The notes under the pieces are model-generated. The model had not been told where the DNA came from. It made no database searches and saw only the letters and a list, made by a program, of their open reading frames with translations. Both the position numbers and the translations under genes were made by a program. Shown piece by piece: positions 37,730 to 50,480 of a DNA stretch of 64,000 nt (within the stretch, counting starts at the first letter, position 1; every line of letters begins with the position of its first letter). Location: NCBI GenBank assembly GCA_036172245.1, contig JAYWIR010000004.1, positions 3,596,001 through 3,660,000 on the forward strand, read 5' to 3'. Origin of the DNA: Raillietiella orientalis. Its lineage: Eukaryota.

Positions 37730-38222
37730 ATGTCGGTCGTCGCCGCTCTCGTGGTCGCCGCCGTCGGGCTGACCGCCGGCGGGGAGGGCCGGTTGCTGCG
37801 CAACCTGCAGGGGCTGCCAGGAGAGTACTGCGGCAGGGGAGATGGTGGCACCCCGGTGTGCTGCCGGGACCGCCATGACGATTCCTGCCAGGTGCGCCGG
37901 GGCGGCCTCGCCTGCTACTGCGACAGCTTCTGCTTCGAGCGCTCCTGGTTCCCGGACGACTGCTGCCCGGACTACTTCCGCGTGTGCCATGGGGTGGACC
38001 CTTCCCGCCGCAGGGGAAACGACAGCCGCGAGCGGCCGCCGGCTCACCCTGCTGCCCCTCCCGCCGCCGCGAAGAAGAGCAGCGGCGGCGAACGGGAGCC
38101 GCCGCGGCCTACGGAGACTCTCCGACCCCCGGCGAAGCAGAAGTCATGGACTGAGTTCCATCAGCTGTTCCCGAGCTCCCTGCGGCCCCAGCACCAGCGG
38201 AAGAAAAAGGAGCACCACGGAG
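37730..38222 (+). CDS. TINAGL1: TINAG-like protein (TINAGL1/Swim family), exon 1: signal peptide, somatomedin-B domain, basic low-complexity linker
   Basis: gccgccgATG context; MSVVAALVVAAVGLTAG hydrophobic leader; YCGR..CCRDRHDDSC..CYCDSFC..DCCPDYFRVC matches the SMB module of TINAG-family proteins; donor G|GTAAGG at 38223 (phase 1). Confidence 0.9.
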
Positions 38223-40199
38223 GTAAGGGTGGGAGGAGGATCGCGTGGGGGAACGGGCCTGCCCTCCTCGGGGAAGGGAAATCGAGCGAGCACCTCCCCC
38301 CCTTCCTCTCCCCAACGATCCTGCGCCAGATCGGTTCCAGCCTAGGGTGGGTATGCGGGAGGGAGAGAGAGGCTCATTCCCGCTTCTTGGTTGCCTCCTC
38401 CAGGGGGGGGGGGAGAGAGGGGCGGATGGTGTCTCCTCTTTCCCTCCCGAGCTTCTCGGAAGATCGCGAAAGGGGGAGACGGGTCAGCCTTTTTTCGATC
38501 TCCTAGGACTCCGAATTCCTCCCCTTTCCCTCTTCCTTCTGCCTCAGGGATTCCCCCCTTTCCAAGTGCGTCTTCGGATCAGGCAGATGAGAAGAGAAGG
38601 GGGCGAATAAGGACTGGATAGGAGGAGGGCTGGGGGCATAATCCTCCTTTCTCTTCTCTTCCGCTCCCCCTCCACTCCCCTGCCTGGCATTCTCCAGGAA
38701 AGGAAGTGGAGGGGGAGACTCTTGTACTAGTTTCCGGCGACAAGCATGCATGACCCTGCGACCTGCCCCTCCTACTGAAGCGGGAGAGGAGCGACATCCG
38801 TCCATCCATTCGTGCGAGATCTCCATGTGCTGGTTCATGGTTCGGGTTGCCCCGGGAGACGGTCCAGAGGGTTGCTCCCAACGTGCTCGGACTTGTGAGG
38901 CGCACTGAAGAGACTGAGCAAAGGCCGGAGTTAGGAGACCACGGGGAGTGGCCGTTCCCGCTTTTCCCCTCTCTTTCGCCTCCTGGGGAAAAAGGAACCG
39001 TTCGTGCTTCCCTTTCCATGGGGTGGAGGGAAGGGGAAAGGAAAGATGGCAGGTGGGGTGAGGGGCTGAGTCCTGGGAAGGCCCTTCCCCCTTCTCGAGA
39101 GGAGAAGGTAAGCGGGGGCAGACCACCGAACCTCTCGGAGTCCTTGGTGTTAGGGTAAGCCTTCCTCCTCGCTTCTACAGCTCTCCGCAAAAAAAAAAAA
39201 AAAAAAGCCTTGAGGGGTGAGACGAGAGTGGGGGCCCCTCTTCTCGGGCACCGATTCACCAGCTCGTCGCCGAGGAACGAGAGAAGCTGGCTGCGCGAGA
39301 GTGAGTTCCACTTCTGCTCCGTGAAGATCGGTTTCCGGGAAAACGCGCACTCTTCCTCCCTAGGGACGAGGTTCCCTGGTCGCACTCGTCCTCCCCTCAC
39401 TCTTACCGCAGCGGCCGACCCCCTGCCTCGGTGCAGCTATCCCAGGAGCCTGCAAGGGTCAGAGTGCCCTCGGACGGGACCGCGCTACTCTGCGGTCCCT
39501 GGAGCCTTCCTTTGTTGGCACGAGGGAAGCCTCTCAGACAGAGCGGAACCTCCACTCCCTTCCCTCCCACTGCCTTGGCCTGCACCGGCCGCAAGCAGAG
39601 GCGTCTCACATGGCTACTCGCCGTCCTGGTTCTCCTCCCATCCTGGATCGCCACGGACGGAATGTTTCTCAGAGTGATGCGTGCTGCCCGAGTGCGGCCC
39701 CTTCAGGCCTTCCTGCTCCCCCGCGCGGCCCGCGACGAGCCATCTCTCCGCACGCGGCGACGGGACCCCCGCAACTCTCGAGCCGGGGAGATGCGCGGCG
39801 TGAGGGTCGTTTTCTGGCGGCTCAACCAGCGCCCCACTCGGCCGGCCGGAGGACGAAGGGCACCCGCGGACGGCACCGTGAGTGCCGTTCAGCATCTGCC
39901 ACGTCGACCGCGTGGTGACCGCGTGCGTGTCACCGAACCGAAGTTTCGAGAACTCCAGGTTGGAGGGGGCGCTCAGCGCTGCGGAGAGCTTCCGCCACGC
40001 TACGGCGACGAACGCATCGCATCCCGACCTTGGCGTTTCGGGGTATTCGTCCGCACCTGGAGCGTCCATGTAGCAGCAGCTGCTTCACCCTTTGCCAGCG
40101 GCCGTTAGAAGGCTCCGAAAGCCTCCCACTCCAGAAAGGCGTTCCGATGCGTGAGTGCCCATGCTCTGCGTAGGATGAGGGCCGCTGAATCGGGATCAC

Positions 40200-40960
40200 G
40201 TGAAGAAAGAAAGAAAGATGAATGGGAAGGATGCAAGAAGCTTCGAATATTGATGGATGCCCAAAGTCCGTATTTCAGCTGGAGGTTCACATCTTCGGCA
40301 TCTGATTCGTATGGGAAGATATCATAAAGCCGCATTCCGAGGATGGAATCAGGAGCAGCGATGCGCCCGAAAAGAGGCAGAGCGAATCTTAAGCAAAGAG
40401 TTCCTGTAAATAGAGTCGAAACTGAGGTAGCGAATTTCATCATCCAGAAGCGTTTTCGAAACGTCTCTCTTGTTCTCCCTTATTCCTGGACGAGAGGGAT
40501 GGTAGCAGGTCTCCCAGTTAGCAGTATCTTCCTTCCAGTTTTTGCTGAGGACCGCAAGTGAAAGAGTGGTCGCCTGAACGCATGAATACGTGCTTGAATC
40601 ACTTGCTGCAGCGAGGAAAACGCGGAGACAATCGAGTTGATCTCTTGGGAGAGAACGGGACAGAATCCTAAAAGAGAAGAGCATTCCACCTCGGCACACT
40701 TGGCAACGGCACCTCAACATCACGCTTCAAAGCTGATGCCATGGAAAAGTGTGTAGAGAAGGAGTGCTCCCGAATCAAGCTCCCGTAGACAGACTGAGAT
40801 TGGTGAAATCCTCGTAGAAATAAGGATTGAGGGTGAACTCTTCTTTTTGTGAGACGAGAGGTGAGCTCCAGGTTCTTTCTGGAGGAAAGAAAATTTCCTT
40901 CAAATCGGAGGGAACCATCCCTCCGCCCGTTTCGAAGAAAAGCTCTTGATGCTGCTCCTA
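40200..40960 (-). mobile_element. Decayed non-LTR RT remnant in intron 1
   Basis: MVPSDLKE (~VP.DWK), RISPISV (~YRPISL), HPSRPG (~GFRPG), LSFDSIYRNSLLKI (~AFDSV.R..L..I). Confidence 0.38.
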
Positions 40961-41104
40961 AGTGATGGACTTGAGGTTCAAGAGCAGAACCTCTTTGCTG
41001 TCTCCTTCGTCACGCTCAGTAGCTACGGCACTTGACTGCACGATAGCATGATTCATTCCCAGAAATGATTCGTGGTCCTCTGGAACAAGGCAGACAGCAA
41101 TCTC

Positions 41105-42260
41105 TGCCTCCTTCTACTTGAACTAAAACGTGAGCACTGCTAAGACGAAAGGCATATTGGCAAAATCGGGACTGCTTGAGGAGGAAAGAAGCATTTTCCA
41201 CGACTCTGTGCTTAGAAAGGATAGGAAGGTCCTATAAATCGGTAGCACGTTACTAATGTCCTATTTTTCTGGAGAATAGTTTAGACGTGAAATTCTGCGC
41301 GGTTTCTTGTACTAAAACCTACCCTTCATCCGTACATTAAGAGTATTGGTAAATCAAGTCGAATCCCGAGTAATTGAAGGATCCGGTGAACACTTCTGGA
41401 TTCTTCTCTTGTTTCGTCTACTTCTTTCCTTCCGGTCTTCCTGGTTTTCGCTACGCATCTATTACCTGCGGAACATTAGGGACATTTCTGGTTGCGGAAC
41501 GGTACATACAGGTATCAGTGTTGCTGCTGAGCGCCGAATGTTTTGCACGAAAATCGAAAACGCGTTGTTTTTGCGCGCAGTTCATTAGAGGAACGTTCGG
41601 AGTCGCGGTCGACCTGGCAACGCAGCAAAGAGCAGATTCCAGAACTCGTTCCTTCAAACGCCCAGTTGCAAAGATGGGAGTCAAACTTTACAAGAAGGAA
41701 TTCGGCTGCTATCAGGAAAATTTCTTGTTCCCTTGGAAACTTATTGCTCAAGCAATAACAAGGCAGAGCGAGGAAAACGCCTGTCACGTGGCCGCAGTTA
41801 ATAATGTTGTCACCTCGTTCGTGGTAGTTACGGCGCTGACTACGAGAATCGTCATTAAGATGACGGATCCCGAATGCAAAAGAAGACTTTGGAATATCAC
41901 CTATTACTGCAGGGTGAGGGAAAAAGATCGAGTGTGGGATCCAGAGGGAGCGACATCGTTTCATCAGAAGAAATTCAAATAAAAGCGCTCAGTATGGATC
42001 ATAACGATCTTCACAAACATGGTTTCAAGAGTCTAAATGCTGAAATCCTTAAATTTTTCGACACCAAAAGAAAGGAAGGGAGGAAGTGCTTTCGTCGTAG
42101 TAGAGAAGGAAATGCCATTTGATTTATGGGGCCTTCCTATCTATTCTTTCTAAGGACAGAGTCATGGAAAATGATTCTTTCCTCCTCAAACAGTCCCGAT
42201 TTTGCCAATATGCCTTTCGTTTTAGCAGTGCTCACGTTTTAGTCCAAGTAGAAGGAGGCA
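41105..42260. mobile_element. Non-autonomous element or foldback with long inverted repeats (41105-41240 / 42121-42260)
   Basis: Arms align as reverse complements over ~136-140 bp at roughly 90% identity (tgcctccttctacttg..ggcatattggcaaaatcgggactg..ataaatc). No TSD or transposase recognised. Confidence 0.75.
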
Positions 42261-43199
42261 TTTCCTTTCTACTACTATGAATTACCGGAGTCGAGGATGC
42301 CGGCTGATTCGATCCGATCATGAGAGAAAATCAACGATAATAGCAGCGACGAAAAAATCTTTCAGTGCCGGGGACAGGCAGAGCTTCGCTGAAACGAAGA
42401 AGGCCTCCTGGACGCGGGAAGGTGAACTTTACTACTAAGGCGAAGGGAGAGTTTTCTCGGATGCAAGAAGTGGATGGGAAACGTGCAAGCTGGAAATTAG
42501 CACCAGCGGCTTGAAAATAGTTTATCTGGAATGGGAACCCCCGTCGCGACGGAGTAAGATGTAGTCAAGTTGCGGTTCCTGACTAAGTGGTTCCGGGCAA
42601 AGCGCAACTCTATGAATTCGAATAGAGAGCAAAACACATGGGAAACGAATGCGTCTGGCAGTCTGCACGAGGATCCGGAGCACAGGTGTTTTCGGGATGA
42701 ACTTGTACCCGAGAAGAACTGCGTTGTGTGTTGCTCAGCAGAAACAGTAGACGATGGATAAATCACGTTGCTTGTTTAACGAGCTGAAAGCTGGAAACGG
42801 AGCGAATTTCACCTAGAAACGAATTCGACCGCATTCCGTTGGCCACACCACCGAAACGAATCGCCGTGGAACACTGGTTGGTTCTTCATGTCCTGGAGGT
42901 CAGCTTCATTGGTAGATAGTGAAGGGAAGATTTGAAAAAGAAAAAAAAAAAATCCTCGCTTCAGACGTTGACCCCTTTCCAAAATGCAAATTCAATCTGC
43001 CGAAGGAGCTGTTCATATCGTCTCCTGGAAAAGACCGCTGAGAAGAATTCAGGAAAAGTAACAAGAGAGTTGCGGGAAAAGAGGAGGAGGATGGGCGGGT
43101 GGAAGGGAGAGCTTTGCACGAATGCTGTCTGATTTGTCCCATGGTATGAGCTGCAAGCAGTTTCGTGGTTCAGGCACCGGACAGTAGTGGTAGCGTCGA

Positions 43200-43800
43200 A
43201 AGATCAAAAGGCGGAAACAACGAGAGCTGCGCTCCCTCCAAATTTGCCCTCTCCACAAGCAGTAAAGAATGAGGTCAGCTGACTCGCTCACGCTCTCCAG
43301 CTGAAAGCACCAAGAATACATGTTTGCCAGAGATGACCCAAGCGAATGAAAAATAGCCAGACGGGATGATAGAAAACTCATCCCCAGCGAGGATGAATTT
43401 TCTAGTATCAGACAGAATACGTCCACGAGATGTCGTAGCCCACGCGATTGAATCCATAGGAAACGCCCTGGCTAAATCCTTTGGGGGATGAGGGAAACTG
43501 GCATTTCGAATCCGAAAAGTCACCGTCCAGGATGAATTCGAACAGCGATTCGAAAGGAGCGTTGGTTGCAGAGGAATCATGCTGATGAACTGCATGAAGG
43601 AAATCGTTTTGCCCCACAGCATGCTTGACTTTTCAAACAGGTGTAGCTTTTGGAGACAGTGAACCCCGCTTTTATCTCTCTGCTTATGAAACTTTTTGCT
43701 TACAAATCTGCCAAACGATTGCTGCTCGAGGAAGATTTGGTTTCTCCTACGACAGGCAGTGGGATTCTCCGCTCTTCGGAACAAGTGTGATGCGAGGCAG
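43200..43800 (-). mobile_element. Possible decayed non-LTR RT remnant
   Basis: VTFRIRNASF..AFPMDSIAWAT resembles R.F.VR..S....GVPQGSILGP. Weak. Confidence 0.3.
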
Positions 43801-45684
43801 CCTGGAAGGAAAGCAAAACGGAGACCAGGGCCAAAGTAGAGCCAGAGCTCGCATCAAGTACAGATTTCCTTCTTCCAGAGGCCCCTGGATGTCCAAAAAC
43901 AACCAGAAACCGAAAAAGGTCACACAAAGGCAATCAAACTCATTATCTTCAAAATGAGAAAACAGCCTCAACAAGACAGTCTTCAGAGCCCTCCTTGCGT
44001 GTCTCCAATGGAGGATAGAACCGTTGCAATGGAATATCAGGAGCTCCTTGGCAAAGTCAGTCCAAACGGAGGTCCTTCTGCGTTTTTCTGAAGGAACAGA
44101 TGCACCTAATCAGAACGCTACCTGTTCCTTCATCGGCAGCACGATCCCTCGATCTAGCCCGGTTGCTTGGGGCTCGTTCGGAAACTGATCAGAGTGAGGT
44201 GGGTGGCACACACGGCTGGGTTGACCGAAAGCGTAGCGTTCACGATTTCCGCAGAAACATTCGTGTCCTTCGTCAGGCTTTCCGTGAAAGAGGGCGGCAG
44301 TCAACTTGGCAAACTTCCCTCCTCGGAAGTTTCAGTTGCGATTCGCATCACGGGCTCACATGCTCTTGCTTACGCGGAGGCGTGGTCCTTGATTGCCTTT
44401 TCCCCTCTTTCTTCTTTGTTTCTGCCTCCATCTCGATGTGGAAAACTGGGAGATTTTTAAGGAGGACTGCATTTCCATTCTAACCATTGAAAGATTGACA
44501 ATAGAAAAGTTCTCGGGTTCCACAGCCATTGTTCGTCAGCAGGGCACTCTAGAGTGCTTCCGGATCTAGAAGACGATGGCCATCGTCACCCGGAGAACCT
44601 CCCGCAAAAGATCGAGAAGACCACGAGCTAGATCGAGAAGAAGGTCAAGCAGATGTGTTGTGCAAGTCCTCCCTCCCAAAGCAGAAGCGCTCGCATGGGA
44701 AACTATGTTTTTTTGCGGTGCTTTTTGATATGTCTGAATCCCGAAGCCAAACCGGGAAGCAGAAGCGCTTCCGTGGAGGCGTCCGCGGGCAACGTCTCAA
44801 CGCAGTTTCAAGTCAACACAAGTCAGCAGCCGCTTTCCCGCGTCCTGCTCTCGGACTCCAGCCTTGGGGTGTCAGTCTTCAGGCTTACGGGATGGTTGGT
44901 TCCGCCCTCTGGATTGCAATCCCATGCCGAGTTTGCGGTTGCGCAAAGACAGAGAGCGGGTGCCTCGTGGCAGTTCCCATTTCTCGGGACGGCTGCACTG
45001 CTCCCCATCTCCCACGCAATACTGTTGTTTGGATTTTAGTGGTCAATGAAAACTTCCATGGGAATCGCCGGATTCATTCGTGAAGGCAGACAATCATCCT
45101 GTAGTCGCCGCTGGACGCGGCCTAGCTTGTTTTGTGTGGGAATTTCGAAGCAGTGTTCAGTGCTCGGAAAATAAACACGTCTCTGCGTCCTGATGAGATT
45201 AAAGCCTCCGAAGTAATGAAGATGCCAGCATCCGTTTTTATACCCTGGTTTGTTTTCGTTTTGCCCCTTCAGCCGTTGTTTAAAACATCCGTGTTTCCCG
45301 TTTACATTACGGGAAGACCGGTTGCTCCTCTCTCGATCGAACCGGATCACCAAGATTACGGAGAGCTGGCATCCTCTACCTGGATCCACCCACCAGTTCT
45401 GCTCCAAGAGGGTTGGGCGCGCGCGCGTCCTCGGAAACGCCGGTGATCTCGTCTTCTTGGGGAACCCGGAGTTGTGGTCCCACGCGCGAACGGCTTCGCT
45501 TGCTCCTCAATTTGCCTTGGAAGGGGAGAGGGGGTGGGTGCTCTTTTTTGGGTGTTGTGAGCGTGTAATGAAACCAATGCCTTGTCTCTCTCTCTTTCTC
45601 TCAGCCTTCAACTTGAACTTTACTGTTCTTTTGTGAACACTGCAATAATGACCGCTACTGATTTTGGCTCATTTTTTTTTCCAG

Positions 45685-45736
45685 ATAACAATACGTGCGA
45701 GGCGGGTGCAGAATACCCCAAGAACTGCAACCTTTG
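45685..45736 (+). CDS. TINAGL1: TINAG-like protein, exon 2 (52 nt; DNNTCEAGAEYPKNCNLC)
   Basis: Strong acceptor tttttttttccag and donor TG|GTAAAT. Phase 1 in and phase 2 out exactly bridge exons 1 and 3, supplying the family's NCNxC motif (NCNL-C|VC). Confidence 0.88.
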
Positions 45737-46599
45737 GTAAATATCTTCCTCTTGGAATCCTATAGATGGTTGGAAATGCTCCCTCCCCCGCCCATCCCAC
45801 CCGTTCTGTTGTTGAGGTCGGATTCGAATCGAACTGCTGTTGGTACTTAGGTGCGCTTTTCCCGCTGCATCCAGTTCCGTTCTCCGGTCCCCCGCCGCCG
45901 CGCTCATCCCTCGGACAACTCGGCCCGCAAACTGCTTCCCGGTCATCTCGAGTTTCGCGTGGCTCCTCTTCTGTGACCTGCTTATGTGACATGCACTCAA
46001 CGCTGCTCGTTGTACCAAGAACCAGTGCGGTGCCACATGCGCTCCGATAGCTGAACGCTGGACACTTCGCACGGTGGGCCGCCGCTCGAGGTTCGCAGCA
46101 ACAGCTGTCCTTCCGTGGGTCCAGGGGAAGGCACCGGCGCTCTTCTCAAGACAAGAGAATCTCCACGTAGAGCTCTACCTGTATTTGTGGCTGACCTCGC
46201 TTTCTTCGCCACCTGGTGAGAGCGAAATGTAGAGAGAAGCGTGGCTCGCTGCCGGGAAGCAGTTTCCTCTCTGCTTGGATTGCCTGGCGGGAAACTCCGC
46301 ATTCCTACCCCTGCTTTAAGCAGAAGGGGGAGAAGAGAAGGGGGAGGGGGGGATATTCCGCTTTTCTGCTTTGAGTCCCCGCTGTAACGCTCACGGTCAC
46401 TTCGAGCCCGGAGCTTTCGGAAATGGGTCCATGAGACCGATCTCCTGAGCCGCACTCTGCTGGGGTGGGCGCCGCCATCCCTCGTCTGGTTTCCCCTCCA
46501 TCGAAGCGAGCATCTCTCGTGCAACTTCTTCCCGTGGGAGGCAGATCACAGTCGTGGAATGCGCCGATCGAGCAGCTGCAGTGACTTTCCCAGCTGGAC

Positions 46600-47450
46600 A
46601 GTCCCTCATGTCTTCGCATCTTCTTGGCAGCCACTTGGCCTGCGCGCATCGCCGCCACGGCTGCCCCGAGAATGCGCGCATCCGCTGAGGGCGTATCTCA
46701 ATACCTCGGTGCGGCCGATCGTCTCTCAACACCTCGCCTGCCGATTCGGGAGCGTGTCTAGCATGCTCGATGTCGGGAGGCCACAGTTTGGAGCAGCTCC
46801 TTGCGGGGATGCTGGAGCCACGAGCCCCGCGCGCAGCACCTGCTCTCGTTCACTCGGAAAACATCCGACCACACGGAGCGTCGTCCACGTTCCGCTGCGG
46901 GCTTCCTTCCCGAGAAGTGATTGCGGGCGGAGGATGCGGCCCGCGCGCTCCCGTGACGACCGAAAAGGAGGAGACCGGAAGCAGCGGACCTGACCGGGGA
47001 TCCTCCTGCTGGCGAGGAGTGGCCGCTTGCCCTCTTCGCTCTCGAGTGCTCTTTTCCTTCCTCAGTCGCGGAGTTGGGTGGAGGTGGCCCGCGGCATTTC
47101 CCACATCTTCTGACAAATGCTCTCTTCCTTTTTCTCCTCCCTCGTCCCACCCCCAATTTGTTGACAGTGAAGATTAGAAACAAGATACGCGACTTTCGCG
47201 AGGCGAGGTCCGTCCCAAGGTGCAGCCTTGCGTGGCGTTTTCTCATGGGGTCCGTAGTATTTTCCCACAGGAACGCCTGGCTCGTAAAAGTGGCCACTGT
47301 GGCAACGAGACGAACCTTCTACGTCAGTACCAAAGTCGAGGGTGTCAGGCAAGGCTGCACTCCTTCTCACATCGCGCCGAGTCCGCCTAAGACTTCGCCT
47401 GAGAGAAAATCATAAAGGCTGGATGTGTTTGCCCGAGGTACCCGAAGAAG
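46600..47450 (+). mobile_element. Decayed non-LTR RT remnant in intron 2
   Basis: Exact GVRQGC motif at 47341-47358 (EGVRQGCTPSHI), preceded by SVRPIVSQ (~NYRPI) and STFRCG (~GFR.G). Confidence 0.55.
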
Positions 47451-49699
47451 AAGGGCCCAGAAAAATGCACCCTCCCCCCTTTGTCCTCTTCTGCCTAGGA
47501 ACCCTTTCCCCGAGTTGCACCAGAGCGCCAGGGCGGAGCGTCCCGAGGTTCCCACGTTCCCGTTTTTGCAAGCTAATCTTTTCCAAAAGGAAAAAGAGGG
47601 AAGAGTGTTCCTCCGCGTGAGGCGCAGGAACCCGTGCAGTCGGCCTTCCGACAAGAAACCTGCGGAGTCACGCGTCTCGATTGCACGTGGCGATCTCCAA
47701 GTCGAATGCGCCGAGCGTAACCGGGACGACGGCGAAAGGGAAGAACTGGAAACGTCGAGTTGGTTCCATCCCCTCCCAGAACCAGCAAAAGTTTTTGCCC
47801 GGCGTCGGCGAGCTTGTGGGTCCGACGAAACAAGGCGGCGGCGGATCGCCCAGCTCAGTTTCCGGAAGAAGAGTTCGCTTCCGGATCCGGAAGGTGAACA
47901 GGGCAGCGGGACGGGAAGAGCAAAGGAAGAGGTGCGTGATCGGCGGGGAATCGCAGCGCGCGGGGCTGCTGGCACGCACAGCCTCCCGGCGCACTTCGGC
48001 AATGGGGGGTCGCCTCGAGAGGAACGATCCCCGACGCATACAGAACGGCCGGGGGGGAACCGAGCCAAGAGAGCGATCATCCGAAGCTCAGAGACCGACT
48101 GCATCAAGGAGCATGCTCAAGACGCACGAGGGAGAAGAGCACAGCGGGACAGCAGCAGCCTCTGCTGCTGCGCGAGGCCATGCCGCAGCGCACTCCCTCG
48201 TCAGCTGCGACCCGAGTCTCGGTTCCCTCCCAAACCGAGCAGGACGTCCCAGGCACAGGGTCGGGAGGATGCGCTCTCCAGGGATCTCCGAACTGGAGAC
48301 GCTGCTCCGTGTCCGCAGCTGGCACACCATGTGCTTCGATTCCCCTGGCCAAAGCTTCTCGCGCAGAATCCCTGCGAAAGATGGGTCCAGAGACCAGGCA
48401 ATGGGTTGTTGGTGTGGAATATTCTCTTCCGTTTCCTTTCTTCTCTGCTTGCTCATCTGCCTCGGGACCGGAGGAGTACGCCCACGCTACCGCTTTGCTG
48501 CTGAGGCGTGCCGAAGAACTGAGACCTTCTCACGTACCCCGCCCTCCCCGCTTCTCTCCTGTGGGCGTCCAATCACTTGGAGAGGTCCTTCCCTTTCGTA
48601 TCATTGGGTGTCTTGCAAATTCATTGGAGCCATCCCAGTGGCCCTCCAGCCCCCAGAGAAGCAAACATGCGGCAGTCTTTCTCTCTCTGCGCTTTGACCT
48701 TGCGGGGAGCCCGCTGCAAGGCCGCTCTGTGGTATGCTTTCCTCAGAGGCACGTCACAGAGCAGCACTTGGAGACCCCTGCTGCTTCTCCGGGTTTCCCG
48801 CGCTCCTTGTCCCTCTGAGCTCCTCCTGCGAGGTACCAAGAACGGGGAAGAGGGGGGGGGGGACGGGAGGGGAGAGGGCGCGCTTCGAGGTGTTTCCCGG
48901 CTTGCAGCCCTGCTTCCGCGGAGCGCCCTGTGATCCCCAACGCATTCTCTCACGCCCCATAATCTCAGGAAACCGAGCGCTCTCCCGTGGCGTTTCTCCG
49001 AAGCAGCCTTCGTCTTCCAAGACCGTCTCCGAGGCGTCGCGTTACCCGAGTGAGAGAGGTTAGCGCCTCTCCCGCGCCCTTCGCACCGGAACCCGGGAAG
49101 TTTCTCCTCCCCGTTTTCCGGATCGTCGACGTCTCTGGATGATTCGATGGATCCTCTCCCTGACCCTTCTCTCTCTCTCTCCCCTAGCCCCGGTTAACTG
49201 AAAGTGAAACCGCCCGTGCTTCTTCCTGCTTCTCTTCTTTAGCACGAAACGCGCTTCCTCTACCTCGGCCTCCGAGCTCCGGATCAGAGCGAAAACTCTG
49301 CCAGATGCACGCGGACGAGTCCGTTCGATGGACGAAAGAGCCTCGCGGTCAGTCACGCTGCTCTTGCGGGGTTCCTCCGCAGCAACGGACCGCTCGCGCG
49401 ATACAGCAACGTGCCAATGCCCCGCGCGTCTCAGCCGAGAGCGATGGGCGAGATTTCTGTGCAGCATCAGCAGCTGAAAGAGAAGCGTGCGAGATGAAGA
49501 AAGGCGGCTCGAGAAGTGGACGCGCTTCCGGGAGTGATCCGCGGCCTCGCGCGCGGAGCGCTGGGGACGTGAAGAGCGTGGACCGGAAAAAAAACACCGA
49601 GGAGGCACCTGCGTCTCTTCCGGAGGAGCTTCGTTCCAAAGGGGAGCCACGAAACGGGAGGCCCCAACGCGCAGGAGGGAGGTCACAGGGTGGACAACG

Positions 49700-50480
49700 A
49701 AACAACGCACGAGGACTATCTCAGGGGTCTTGTGGTTGCCCCGACGACAAGAACGAGTCAATCGCCTCGCACCAGCGTCCGACTAAACTCATTGCGAGGA
49801 TCCGGACTGCCGCCGATTGGAGCGACAATTTGGAAGTTCCTGGCGCCGTGCAGAAGGAGAGGGATGCAGGCGTCGGACACTACAGCATCTTGCGAGTCCC
49901 TCCCTCGTCGAACCCTAGCGCTTCGCGCGGAAAGACGCCGACTTTCGGGATGCAGGGAGGAAAGCCTCCACTTCCCGACACCTGGACAGCACGGCCGTTG
50001 TTTCCCGCTCCCCACCTCATCGACGAGCGCGCGCGCTCACGAAGAGCCGAGAGACCTGCTAGGTGAATCCTGCGCCCTCGCGCCATCTCCAGACAGTTCC
50101 CGGATCCTGCACTGAAGAGCAGCCGCCACTTTTGCAGAAGCATTGCCTCGTGCCTGTGGGAGGCGAGGAAGGTTCCGAGCGCTCCGGTAAAGTCGCCGTG
50201 ATGCGCGCGAGGCGCAGGGCGGCGTCGCACCTTGCCGGACCTTCCTCCAGCCTCTGCGGGCGATTGGATTCCTCGCTTGCTCCACTGCAAATTTCTCCCC
50301 TCCCTTCCATCTTCCCCCTATTTTCGAGGCCAGGAGCAAGGTCGCTTCCAGCCACGTTTCGTTCCACGCCGCCAAAAAGACCGCTCTCTCTTCTCTCTTC
50401 GAGGAATGCACGCCCATCGCTTTCCAGGGATCGTCGTCGTTCGGGAGAGAGCCTCGAACTGCTCTCTCGGGGTAGAATCT
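49700..50480 (+). mobile_element. Decayed RTE-like RT remnant in intron 2
   Basis: ADWSDNLEVPGAVQKERDAGVGHYSI (~DW...VP..KKGD...NYR.I), CTEEQPPLL (~K.RE...PL), KRPLSLL, HRFPGIVVV (~L.FADDIV). Confidence 0.45.

Noticed and set aside
37388..38047. 219-aa minus-strand ORF
   Set aside because: Antisense shadow of the GC3-rich TINAG-like exon 1.
41374..41982. 202-aa ORF as the transposase of the inverted-repeat element
   Set aside because: No DDE or DNA-binding motif recognised; non-ATG start.
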